This document shows, one piece after another, positions 17,553 through 26,346 of a DNA stretch of 64,000 bases. The stretch's first letter is position 1. Every line of letters begins with the position of its first letter. Position numbers and translations under genes: made by a program. A model generated the notes under the pieces. That model had not been told where the DNA came from, did no database searches, and was given only the letters and a program-made list of their open reading frames with translations. This DNA comes from Bryobacteraceae bacterium. Its GTDB lineage: Bacteria; Acidobacteriota; Terriglobia; Bryobacterales; Bryobacteraceae. The stretch is from NCBI GenBank assembly GCA_035295805.1, contig DATGII010000157.1, positions 158 to 64,157 of the forward strand, given 5' to 3'.

Positions 17553-17692
17553 CTCGAAATTGGAATATCCGGTCCATCGGATTGCCAGCGTGTGCGGATT
17601 GTGTGGGGCTGGCCCGGGTCCTTAGCGACGACGATTGCAACGCCGAAAATGCCAAGCATCAGCAGTGCCACGAGCCTGCATTGAAAAGTCAT
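17549..17692 (-). other. detached signal-peptide mini-ORF belonging to the MBL hydrolase (frameshift fragment)
   Basis: Hand translation from ATG 17692 gives MTFQCRLVALLMLGIFGVAIVVAKDPGQPHTIRTRWQSDGPDIPISS*. Skipping 11 nt (or any 3n+2) near 17585-17610 joins ...GQPHT to LAIRWTGYSNFELIYKGQ of the MBL frame. Confidence 0.55.
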
Positions 17693-17769
17693 GAGAGGAT
17701 TGTTTCAAGAGCAGGAATGCCGCCGTCCGCGAAAGGAGGTCGCGCGGCACTCTGGCCACGGAGTCCTGA

Positions 17770-17854
17770 GGGGTGTTTCGGGGACAGGGTAGGGAATACC
17801 GAGGTTCATGGCGCACCGAGTTTGGAAGTCTGGTAGACCGTTTCCGAAATGCCT
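17770..17854. repeat. 85-bp structured repeat, copy B
   Basis: ggggtgtttcggggacagggtagggaataccgaggttcatggcgcaccgagtttggaagtctggtagaccgtttccgaaatgcct. It lies 78 nt upstream of the MBL signal-peptide ATG. Confidence 0.85.
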
Positions 17855-17894
17855 CCGGCGGACTTGCGTGTTGCGGCCCTGACGCGCCGGGGGC

Positions 17895-18485
17895 TTATTC
17901 CTTCCAGCCTTCCGGGGGGTTACTGCCGCTCGCGATCTGGCGGGTCTTGTAGAGCCACTGGCCATTCACCTTGACCCACGTGGCGTACTCCTTCCCCTGA
18001 GTCGTAAACTTCATCGGATCGCCCACCTTCTCCTGCCGGTACTCGGTGAAAATGACCTGCGAGGTGGCCGTGTCGCCGTGCACGATGATCAGCGGATTCC
18101 CGATCGCCACGTTGAAAGCGGTCCTCTCGCGCGGGGGCGCCGGGGCCGTAGCAGGCGCTGCTCCGGCCGCAAGGGCCGCGCCGGCTGGCGGCGTTGCGGG
18201 GGCACGGTTATATGCCTGCCTGATGCCTTCCTTGCCCTTGAAGTGCCTCGTGCCGAGAATCAACTCGCCGTCCTCGGCATAAAAGCTCTCTTCGGCCTGC
18301 CGGTCCACTTTGCCGAAGTTGTAGTAGTAACGCGTGATCTGATCCAGGATCAGCTGGCGGTCAATCAATGACTGCATAGTCATCTGGTCTTCCGCACGCG
18401 CAACCGGTGCGCTTGCCAGTACGGCACCGCACATCCCCAACGCGGCCACCCGGACCATCGCCTGACGAATGGAATTCAGTTTCAT
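17895..18485 (-). CDS. NTF2/SnoaL-like fold protein, exported, with Ala/Pro-rich insertion
   Basis: The ORF track gives a GTG at 18503. I prefer ATG 18485 (MKLNSIRQAMVRVAALGMCGAVLASAPVARA), which is preceded by GGGGGGAAG. LIDRQLILDQITRYYYNFG and the C-terminal WVKVNGQWLYKTRQI are typical of SnoaL-like proteins. Confidence 0.65.
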   Translation of the reverse strand: MKLNSIRQAMVRVAALGMCGAVLASAPVARAEDQMTMQSLIDRQLILDQITRYYYNFGKVDRQAEESFYAEDGELILGTRHFKGKEGIRQAYNRAPATPPAGAALAAGAAPATAPAPPRERTAFNVAIGNPLIIVHGDTATSQVIFTEYRQEKVGDPMKFTTQGKEYATWVKVNGQWLYKTRQIASGSNPPEGWKE

Positions 18486-18710
18486 AACTTCCCCCCGGTT
18501 CACTTGACGGGTGTTCTCTGATCGGAAATCGGCTTTATCGGTCCACCGATTCCCGCTTAAAGACCGTGCTGCAATTTAGGCAAACCCTCCGCGGCCTTAC
18601 AAGACAGCATGTTGAACTGCCGCTGAGCTTCGATTTTCCCGATATATCGTAACAGAACGTTCCGCAGATTTCCGAAGCACGCGAACCGAACGCGCAGCAT
18701 TGCGGTACGA

Positions 18711-18740
18711 AACAAAAAGCCCCCGGCCTTTGTCGGGGGC
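18711..18740 (-). terminator. rho-independent terminator of G8 paralogue 2
   Basis: On the minus strand the sequence reads gcccccgacaaaggccgggggc followed by tttttgtt. It has a 7-bp GC stem (18719-18725 / 18734-18740) and an 8-nt loop, 26 nt after the stop at 18766. Confidence 0.8.
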
Positions 18741-18765
18741 TCATCTCAAACAAGCAGGGTTCAGC

Positions 18766-21438
18766 TTACCGGCTGACCTGGAGGCTGGCTCCGCCACTCG
18801 GGCCGCTGTTCGGGCCGCTGCCCGGGACGTCACCGGCGGAGACCAGCTTGACCCAAAGCGAACCGTCGCCTTTGTAGTACGAGGTCGCACTGGCCTGGCG
18901 CAGTGCATCCAGGCTGCTCTGCTCCGTACCCGACGCGGCACTGCTGAATCCCGGCAGCTCGAAGATCACCCACGAGCCGCGATCCAGCTCCCTCACGCTG
19001 AGGGACAGGGTCGGCCTTTCGGTGGTCACCTTGATCTCGCTACCCGCTCGTACGTTGGTTTCTCCGGTAACGCGCAGTTCCTTGCCATTTCGGCTGAGAA
19101 CGATGGGCGGCCCCGCCGGTGCAGGGGCGCCGAGGACTCCCAACCTGGGGCCAACGAGACCACCAGCGCCGCCTCTGCCGCCAGGACCGCCGCTAGCGCC
19201 AGAACCGCCAGCTACCGGAGCCCCGCCTCTACCGCCTCTGCCACCACGACCGCCGCCGCCGGCGCCAACAGTCATGCGCCCGACGTCGCCCTGGCACACG
19301 GCAGCGTTCCAGGCGGGCTTGATCTCGCAGGCGTCGTCGATGGCGATTCCGTCATTTTCGTCGTTGATGAGAATGTAGGAATTGGGGACCCCGCTGACCG
19401 AGCCGTCCTTATCGTTAAATACCGACGTCTGATAGCTCCCGTTGCCGTAATCATCATTGCTCCACTTATACTCCATCGGTGGGAAATACACCGGCTTGGC
19501 GTTGATGAATTTCGCGCGCTGTATGGTGTTGTTGGAGCTCATTCCGAAGCTGGTATACAGCAGGTACGAGATCGCTCCCGTCTTGCGGGTGGCGTTGTCC
19601 TGGTAATTCACGAACGTGACATTGTCCAGTTCGTGATGGTAGTCGTAGAATTCGTAGCCGCGGATCGGGAAATCCGCGAGTGCGGGCTCCGGCAAGCTGC
19701 GGCCGTACGCCTTCTCCGCCGGCGTCCTGGGGTTGCCGATGTTCTCGGTTTCGCCCACGAACCGCGAGTCCACCACCCGTGACGTATAGGCGGATTGACC
19801 GAAGCTGCCGGACGCATGCGTATAGCCAATGGCGTTGTCGGCCAGCTTCAGGTTCTTGTACAGGTGCATCTCACCGCGGCTCCACATGCCGCCATTGCGG
19901 TTCTTGTAGGCGGTGAAATCCTCGATGACCGATTCCACCTGAGGGCTGTTCGGATCAGCGGGATTGGCCACGGAAATATGCCCGCCGGTGGCGAAATGGC
20001 CATCGGGCCTGGGCCCTCGGTCGAACAGGAAACCGTCGAAGTTCGAATGGGAGGTGTTGCCTTTGAACTCCCGCACCCGGGTTCGGCGCGGCCAGGTCCT
20101 GGCACTGATCTCCGTACCTTCGAACTTACCCGTCGGGTGCTGCGGCAAGGCGAACCAGAAACCTGTCGCGTCGGAACCCGCGGCCACGTTGTCGCGGTAA
20201 ATATTGTCCGGATTGGTGATCCAGAAGGTCGACGCCGTGTTGTCGGAAGGGATCAGGATATCCTTGGCGTTCTGGCCGTCCGTATTGAAGTTCTTGCCGC
20301 CCTCCACTCCGAACGGGCCGAGGTCTGTCGCGACGCACGGCTTGTCCGGATGGCACTTGGTCAGAATCCCCAGGTTGTGCACGAACTGGTTGTCGTGCTC
20401 CACGGCATCCTCCAGGAAGAAGCAGTGACCAATGTTGTTGTAGGTCACGTTGTTTTCAACGTCCAGGTAATTGGTGCCATGCACGGTCACGCAGCGGCTG
20501 TAGGTGTCGTGAATCGCCGAGTTCTTGATGTACTGCCCCTGCGCATCGCCGATCAGATGCCAGTGGATCGGATAACGGGCCAGATGCATGTTCTGACCCA
20601 TGCGATTGAGCTCGACGCCCTCGACAAACATCTTGCTCCCATTCATCGCCATGATGTGGCCGCCGAAGAGCGTCGTGTCCGCGTCAGGCGAGGCCTGGAT
20701 CACGATGTTGCGCGTCAGCATGCCGACTTCGCCGCGCTCATCCACGTCGAAGGTGATCTTGCCGAAGTGCATGTAGTCCAGTTTCTTGTCGAGCGTGATC
20801 GTATTGCCACGGATGGCGGCAATGGTGCGCCGCTCTGCCTGATGGGGATCGAAATCCGTCGACGCGAGGACAATCTCGTCACCTTTCTTCCAGTCACCGG
20901 CATTCAAGACTTCGATGGTGTTGCTGCCCGCGGCGGCCGTCTTTGCCAGTTTGGTCCAGGAGTTCTTCTCTGTACCGTGCAGGTTCAGGGTTCCGCCCAT
21001 GAGCATGATCCCGCGGTCACTGCGGTCAGTCGTTCCACCGATTCCACTCATGTCTTCGTCTTTGACGTTGTCGGTGAGGGTAATTGTGGCCTTGCGCGTA
21101 TGAGGCCTGGCTTCGGTACCAATCTCCAACTCCCCGTGCACCATGATCCACTCGGTGGTCAGTTCGAGATCTTTCTTGTCCGCAAAGCTCAGTTTGCCGT
21201 TGATCGTCAGACTGCGCAGCGGTGGCGGAGAGACATCGAGGACGACGTTCATATCCTTTTCAATAGTGACGACGGCATCCTTGGCCGGCACCTTTTTGTC
21301 AGGCCAGGCGGCTGGATCAGACCAGCGCTTCGCGCCGGCCGTCGAAGTCTTTTGCTGCGCTTTGAGGACGGCATATCCGCCCAGGCCGAAAAAGGCTGTA
21401 ACCAGCAACGAAAGGAACAACAGAGAACGTTTTCGCAT
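18766..21438 (-). CDS. G8-domain / right-handed beta-helix secreted protein (CEMIP/TMEM2-like), paralogue 2
   Basis: The ORF track extends to 21462. I prefer ATG 21438 (MRKRSLLFLSLLVTAFFGLGGYAVLKAQ). It is collinear with 8470-11106, roughly three-quarters identical by eye, with the same G8, ARYPIHWHL, RGG linker and C-terminal domain. Confidence 0.85.
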   Translation of the reverse strand: MRKRSLLFLSLLVTAFFGLGGYAVLKAQQKTSTAGAKRWSDPAAWPDKKVPAKDAVVTIEKDMNVVLDVSPPPLRSLTINGKLSFADKKDLELTTEWIMVHGELEIGTEARPHTRKATITLTDNVKDEDMSGIGGTTDRSDRGIMLMGGTLNLHGTEKNSWTKLAKTAAAGSNTIEVLNAGDWKKGDEIVLASTDFDPHQAERRTIAAIRGNTITLDKKLDYMHFGKITFDVDERGEVGMLTRNIVIQASPDADTTLFGGHIMAMNGSKMFVEGVELNRMGQNMHLARYPIHWHLIGDAQGQYIKNSAIHDTYSRCVTVHGTNYLDVENNVTYNNIGHCFFLEDAVEHDNQFVHNLGILTKCHPDKPCVATDLGPFGVEGGKNFNTDGQNAKDILIPSDNTASTFWITNPDNIYRDNVAAGSDATGFWFALPQHPTGKFEGTEISARTWPRRTRVREFKGNTSHSNFDGFLFDRGPRPDGHFATGGHISVANPADPNSPQVESVIEDFTAYKNRNGGMWSRGEMHLYKNLKLADNAIGYTHASGSFGQSAYTSRVVDSRFVGETENIGNPRTPAEKAYGRSLPEPALADFPIRGYEFYDYHHELDNVTFVNYQDNATRKTGAISYLLYTSFGMSSNNTIQRAKFINAKPVYFPPMEYKWSNDDYGNGSYQTSVFNDKDGSVSGVPNSYILINDENDGIAIDDACEIKPAWNAAVCQGDVGRMTVGAGGGGRGGRGGRGGAPVAGGSGASGGPGGRGGAGGLVGPRLGVLGAPAPAGPPIVLSRNGKELRVTGETNVRAGSEIKVTTERPTLSLSVRELDRGSWVIFELPGFSSAASGTEQSSLDALRQASATSYYKGDGSLWVKLVSAGDVPGSGPNSGPSGGASLQVSR

Positions 21439-21574
21439 CGCTAAATCTCCGCGATCGATCATGTTACGCTACTTCCCCCCGCGAGGATCGAAGGATGTGT
21501 AGCCTGCGACAATTTTACACCGATCGCCGGCCGGACAATATCCTCTGGTTTCAACGTTTCGCACGCGCCCGGCT

Positions 21575-22777
21575 TCACGCCCGCCACGACGGCGTCACCT
21601 CGCCCGCGCCGCCGGCGGCGTTGGTGGCCGACAGGACCGGCTCCTTGCCGGTGGCCTCGCGGTACTCTTTTGACACCGTCCCGCAAAATTCGTCCACCCG
21701 CTCTTCGCGCACCAGGTTGATGGTGCAACCGCCAAAACCGCCGCCGGTCATGCGTGAGCCGTACACGCCCGGCTGCTTCACTGCGATCTCTACCATTGTG
21801 TCGAGTTCCTTGCAGCTGACTTGGTAATCATCGCGCAGGCTGGCGTGCGATTCGGCCATCAGGCGCCCGAACTGCGCCAGGTCCGCCCGCTTGAGCGCCT
21901 CGGCCGCTTGCCCCACCCGAATGTTTTCGGTGATCACGTGACGGCACCGGCGAAATATGGTTTCCGGCAGGTTGCGGCCGTAGTGTTCCAATTCTGCCGG
22001 CGTCACGTCGCGCAGCGCCCGGATTTGCGGCAGAACGCGCGTCATGTGCCGGACGCCTTCCTGGCACTCCGCGCGGCGCCGGTTGTATTCTCCGCCCGCG
22101 TGCCCGTGCCGCACCATGGTGTTGGCAATCACCATGCGCACTCCCGCCGGCAAAGGCGCAAGGCTGAATTCCAGAGACCGGCAATCGAGCATCACCGCGT
22201 GCCCCGCCATCCCGTGGCAGGCGATGAATTGATCCATGATGCCGCACCACGTCCCGACAAATTCGTTTTCCGCCCGCTGCCCGATGCGCGCGATCTCTGT
22301 TCGGTCAACCACCCGCCCGGCCACTCCCAGCAGGGCAAACGCCGTCGCTATCTCGATCGCCGCCGATGAACTCAGCCCGCCTCCCATGGGCACCGCGCCG
22401 CGAATCAGCAGATTCGTCCCCCGCAACCGGTAGCCTGCGCGTTCCAGCGTGACCGCCACGCCGCGTACGTAGTCGGTCCAGTCGTCACCCCGCTGCGGCC
22501 CGACATCATCGAGCGGAAATTCGCGAAGCTGGGAAAAATTTTCGGAGTAAATACTCAGAATTCGGTCCGGCCGGCCCGCCGCGGCCACCCATGTGGAAAA
22601 CTCGATGGCCGCCGGCATCACGAAACCCTCGTTGTAATCCGTGTGCTCGCCGATGAGGTTGACGCGCCCCGGAGCGCGATAGATTCGCGGCGTAGCGCCC
22701 CACCGGGCCTGAAACGCGCGCCGCAGTTCCGCGGCGTGGTTCTTCGTGTCAGCGGGCAGCCAGGGTCTCCATCGCAA
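21575..22777 (-). CDS. galK: galactokinase
   Basis: 400-aa ORF with the GRVNLIGEHTDYNEGFV signature and GHMP-kinase motif PMGGGLSSSAA. Confidence 0.9.
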   Translation of the reverse strand: MRWRPWLPADTKNHAAELRRAFQARWGATPRIYRAPGRVNLIGEHTDYNEGFVMPAAIEFSTWVAAAGRPDRILSIYSENFSQLREFPLDDVGPQRGDDWTDYVRGVAVTLERAGYRLRGTNLLIRGAVPMGGGLSSSAAIEIATAFALLGVAGRVVDRTEIARIGQRAENEFVGTWCGIMDQFIACHGMAGHAVMLDCRSLEFSLAPLPAGVRMVIANTMVRHGHAGGEYNRRRAECQEGVRHMTRVLPQIRALRDVTPAELEHYGRNLPETIFRRCRHVITENIRVGQAAEALKRADLAQFGRLMAESHASLRDDYQVSCKELDTMVEIAVKQPGVYGSRMTGGGFGGCTINLVREERVDEFCGTVSKEYREATGKEPVLSATNAAGGAGEVTPSWRA

Positions 22778-22791
22778 CCATCATAGCGGGA

Positions 22792-22977
22792 TCACGCCGC
22801 GGCGCGCCGTGCCAATAACAACAGAATGATTCCGAATACCAGCATGGCGATTCCCACGTAGAGGTTGACGTTGATATCGGTCAGCGGAGCGCGCATCCCG
22901 GGCGCCGCCACGCCAAGCAGCGTCAGCACCACACCGAGCAGACAAAAAAAATAACCCGATGGCTTCCTCAGATCCAT
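22792..22977 (-). CDS. small two-helix membrane protein between the symporter and galK
   Basis: 61-aa ORF: MDLRKPSGYFFCLLGVVLTLLGVAAP...LYVGIAMLVFGIILLLLARR. It is packed 9 nt after the symporter stop and 14 nt before the galK start. Confidence 0.5.
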   Translation of the reverse strand: MDLRKPSGYFFCLLGVVLTLLGVAAPGMRAPLTDINVNLYVGIAMLVFGIILLLLARRAAA

Positions 22978-22986
22978 ACTTCCCCG

Positions 22987-24636
22987 CTAGCGGAAAATCC
23001 AATTCAGAATCAAAACCACGCCCAGCGCAACGGATCCCAGCAGCACCGGTTTTTTCCACCATGGCACCGTCCCGTCATGCGGAATCGGCGTAACACCCCA
23101 GACCAGCCCCTTCAGTTCCGCGACCTCTTTCGGCTTGGTCATTAAGCTCACCGTGATCGTAACCAGAAAGCAAACGGTGAACGCCCAGATGGCAACCCAA
23201 AAATTCTGCGCCATGGAGGACGGGTAAGTGGCCAGCGGAGTGATCCAGCCGCCCTTGCCCTCCGCCACCGTCAAGCCGTGTGTCGCGGCGGCCGCCGCCG
23301 TGCCGCACAACAGGCCGTAAAACGCGCCGTTGGCCGATGCCCGCTTCCAGAACATTCCCAATAAAAAAGTGGCAAACAGCGGCGCGTTCACAAATCCGAA
23401 GACCAGCTGCAGCAGATCGAGAATGTTGTTGTACAACGCCGTCAGGTAAGCGCACCCGATCGAAAGCAGCACCCCCGCGATGGTTGCCACTCGTCCGACC
23501 GTCAGATAATGCGAATCGGCTGCATTCTTGCGAATATAGCTCTGATAAATGTCATAGGTGAACACCGTGTTGAACGCGGTCACGTTACCCGCCATGCCCG
23601 ACATGAACGAGGCCATCAGCCCGGTGAGCCCGACCCCCAGCAGGCCGGCCGGGTAGAACTGGGCCATCAGCGTGGTCAGCACCTGGTCGTAATCGAACCC
23701 CGCGCCTTTGCGCGGGAGGTCGTAATTTAGTCCCATGTGCGATAGCGCCACCGCGGCGATCCCCGGCACGATCACGATGAATGGCATGAACATCTTGGGG
23801 AAGGCGCCGATCAATGGAGTCAGGCGGCCTTCGGCCATGTTGCGCGCCGCCAGCGCGCGTTGAACAACCAGAAAGTTCGTGCACCAATACCCGAACGAGA
23901 GCACGAACCCAAGTCCCGCCACCATCCCAAAAGTGTCAATGCCCATCGGGTTCTCTGCGGGCTGTCCCATGTAACGCCACGCGCTCGTCATCACCTCCGG
24001 AAGGCGGCTGCGCAGCCCCTCCCACCCGCCGGCGCGCGTCACCGAAAGAATCGCCAGCGGCGAAAAACCGATCACGATCAGAAAGAATTGCAGCACTTCG
24101 TTGTAAATCGCGCTGGTCAGCCCGCCTAGCAGCGTATAGATAAGAACAATCGCGGCGGAGAGCAGCACCGAAGCCGTGAAACTCCACCCCAGCACCAGCC
24201 TCAGCAGCAGCCCCAGCGCATACATGGAAATGCCGGAGGAAAACACCGTCATCACGGCGAACGAAATCGCGTTCAGGCCCCGGGTCTTTTCATCGAACCT
24301 CAGTTTGAGGTATTCGGGGACTGAACGGGCCCGGCTGCCAAAATAAAACGGCATCATGAACACGCCCATGAAGACCATCGCGGGGACGGCGCCCACCCAA
24401 TAAAAGTGCGCGGTCATGATGCCGTATTTCGCCCCGGACGCGCACATCCCGATCAACTCCTGCGCGCCGAGGTTGGCTGCCACGAATGCCAGGCTGGTAA
24501 TCCACACCGGAACTGAGTGCTGGGAGGTCAGAAAATCCGCGCTGGTGGCGACCGTACGCTTCAAGTACCAGCCGATGCCGAGAACGAACGCGAAGTACAG
24601 CAGCAGGATGAAGTAATCTACGCCTTGCAGGTTCAT
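22987..24636 (-). CDS. sodium:solute symporter (SSS/SGLT family)
   Basis: 549-aa polytopic ORF. The N-terminus MNLQGVDYFILLLYFAFVLGIGWYLK and the overall pattern are typical of SSS transporters. Confidence 0.88.
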   Translation of the reverse strand: MNLQGVDYFILLLYFAFVLGIGWYLKRTVATSADFLTSQHSVPVWITSLAFVAANLGAQELIGMCASGAKYGIMTAHFYWVGAVPAMVFMGVFMMPFYFGSRARSVPEYLKLRFDEKTRGLNAISFAVMTVFSSGISMYALGLLLRLVLGWSFTASVLLSAAIVLIYTLLGGLTSAIYNEVLQFFLIVIGFSPLAILSVTRAGGWEGLRSRLPEVMTSAWRYMGQPAENPMGIDTFGMVAGLGFVLSFGYWCTNFLVVQRALAARNMAEGRLTPLIGAFPKMFMPFIVIVPGIAAVALSHMGLNYDLPRKGAGFDYDQVLTTLMAQFYPAGLLGVGLTGLMASFMSGMAGNVTAFNTVFTYDIYQSYIRKNAADSHYLTVGRVATIAGVLLSIGCAYLTALYNNILDLLQLVFGFVNAPLFATFLLGMFWKRASANGAFYGLLCGTAAAAATHGLTVAEGKGGWITPLATYPSSMAQNFWVAIWAFTVCFLVTITVSLMTKPKEVAELKGLVWGVTPIPHDGTVPWWKKPVLLGSVALGVVLILNWIFR

Positions 24637-24719
24637 TCTGGGACCTCGGAGTCCGCCACTCGTCCGCGGAACCGCACGAACGATTTACAATCGACGTGAA
24701 CGAACACTCTACCTCACAT

Positions 24720-25742
24720 ATGTCTGAATGGGAAGAGCACCCGCATCGGCGCTTCAACGCACTCACCGGCGAATGGATTCTGGTTTCTCCCCAAAGGTCG
24801 GCCCGCCCGTGGTTGGGACAGGTGGAACCGGCCGCCCCGCCGGCGGAACAGCCGTACGATGCTGATTGTTACCTGTGCCCCGGCAACCGGCGCGCCGGCG
24901 GTGCGCGCAATCCCGTATATTCCGGTACATTCAGCTTCACCAACGATTACCCCGCCCTGCTGGAGAACACGCCGCCGCGTTCGCTGAATCAGGACGGTCT
25001 GCTGATCGCGGAGGCCGAGCGGGGCGTTTGCCGCGTTCTGTGCTTTTCTCCCCGGCATGATCTGACGATGGCGCGCATGCAGCTCGATGACATCCGGGGC
25101 GTCGTCGATGCATGGTGCGCTGAATATCGGGAACTGCGTTCGATCTCCTGGATCCGGCATATCCAGATCTTTGAGAACCGTGGCGCCCTGATGGGCGCCA
25201 GCAATCCGCACCCGCATTGCCAGATCTGGGCGAGCGACCGGATTCCGAATGAAATTCGCAAAGAGCACCGGGCCCAATGCCTGTACCGTCGCGAGCGGGG
25301 CACTTGCTTGCTATGCCACTATTTCCAGAGGGAGAAGGGCGGGCCTCGCTGGGTCTACGAAAACGCCGGCTTCGCGGCGGTGGTGCCCTTCTGGGCAGTG
25401 TGGCCTTTTGAAGTCTTGTTGATCAGCAAAGATCATATCCCCACGATCGATCAACTGCCGCCCGGGCTGCGCAGCCAATTAGCGGACGTGCTGAAGCAAA
25501 TCACCACGCGCTACGACCACCTCTTTAATGCGCCGTTCCCATACACGATGGGGTTTCATCAAGGTCCGGCTGAACCCGACCCGGACCAGGCATGGCATCT
25601 TCACGCCCACTTTTACCCACCCCTGCTGAGATCTGCAACGGTCCGTAAATTCATGGTCGGTTACGAGTTGCTGGCCATGCCGCAGCGCGACATCACACCC
25701 GAAGCAGCGGCGGAGCGGTTGCGTACCACACCCGTGGCCTAG
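24720..25742 (+). CDS. galT: galactose-1-phosphate uridylyltransferase
   Basis: The ORF track starts at GTG 24696. I prefer ATG 24720 (MSEWEEHPHRRFNALTGEWILVSPQR). Zinc motif CYLCPGN and active-site HPHCQIW (His-Pro-His). Confidence 0.9.
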   Translation: MSEWEEHPHRRFNALTGEWILVSPQRSARPWLGQVEPAAPPAEQPYDADCYLCPGNRRAGGARNPVYSGTFSFTNDYPALLENTPPRSLNQDGLLIAEAERGVCRVLCFSPRHDLTMARMQLDDIRGVVDAWCAEYRELRSISWIRHIQIFENRGALMGASNPHPHCQIWASDRIPNEIRKEHRAQCLYRRERGTCLLCHYFQREKGGPRWVYENAGFAAVVPFWAVWPFEVLLISKDHIPTIDQLPPGLRSQLADVLKQITTRYDHLFNAPFPYTMGFHQGPAEPDPDQAWHLHAHFYPPLLRSATVRKFMVGYELLAMPQRDITPEAAAERLRTTPVA

Positions 25743-25826
25743 TACGAGTAAGGACCGAAACCGCTTGTTTCGGCTTCCACATAAGAGTAATCTAGACCCG
25801 TAACTCCTGTTAGTGGAGGACACGCG

Positions 25827-26330
25827 GTGCTGAACTGGTTCGGCAGGTTGCTTCACAAAATCGCATTCGTCGCACCGGGGGGAGGCAGCGTGCGGCCGTC
25901 GCTGCACCGGTTGCGGGGGGTGCACGTGGGGACGAATGTGTGGATTGGCCAGTTCGTCTACATGGACGAACTTCATCCTCATGGCCTGAGCATCGGCGAG
26001 AACAGCACGATCGGCATGCGCACATCGATGTTCACGCACTTCTACTGGGGCCCGCGCCAGCCGGCGAGCAACGGGAAAATCGTGGTGGGCAAAAACGTGT
26101 TCATCGGCCCGCATTGCGTGATCCTGCCCAATGTAAGAATCGGTGACGGCGCCGTGATCCGGGCCGGAACGGTCGTCAGCCGCAATGTTCCGCCGCATGC
26201 GTTTTGGGGGCCGACGCCAGCCGAAATGCTGGGCACTGCCGAGGTTCCCCTCACCAGCCGTACCGGTTACCAGGAGTTCACGCGAGGGCTGCGGCTCCAC
26301 GCGCGCAAACGCGGCAGCGGAGCGGCGTGA
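25827..26330 (+). CDS. hexapeptide-repeat (LbH) acyl/acetyltransferase
   Basis: 167-aa ORF with left-handed beta-helix repeats (VGKNVFIGPHCVILPNVRIGDGAVIRAGTVVSRNV). Confidence 0.8.
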   Translation: MLNWFGRLLHKIAFVAPGGGSVRPSLHRLRGVHVGTNVWIGQFVYMDELHPHGLSIGENSTIGMRTSMFTHFYWGPRQPASNGKIVVGKNVFIGPHCVILPNVRIGDGAVIRAGTVVSRNVPPHAFWGPTPAEMLGTAEVPLTSRTGYQEFTRGLRLHARKRGSGAA

Positions 26331-26346
26331 GAGGAAGACGGCGCTC

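Noticed and set aside
19795-21444. 549-aa + strand ORF (and the analogous 9019-10002 ORF)
   Set aside because: Both are antisense to the two G8 paralogues. Both are Arg/Val/Gly-rich with no motifs, while the G8 frames carry signal peptides and conserved domains.
26185-26346. N-terminal extensions of track ORFs (for example 26185, 33044, 39393, 40376, 41079, 42263, 43700, 53979)
   Set aside because: In each case an internal start gives a canonical N-terminus (MCGICGF, a signal peptide, or THVGSL...), often with an SD-like sequence or ATGA coupling. The extensions are Arg/Pro-rich.
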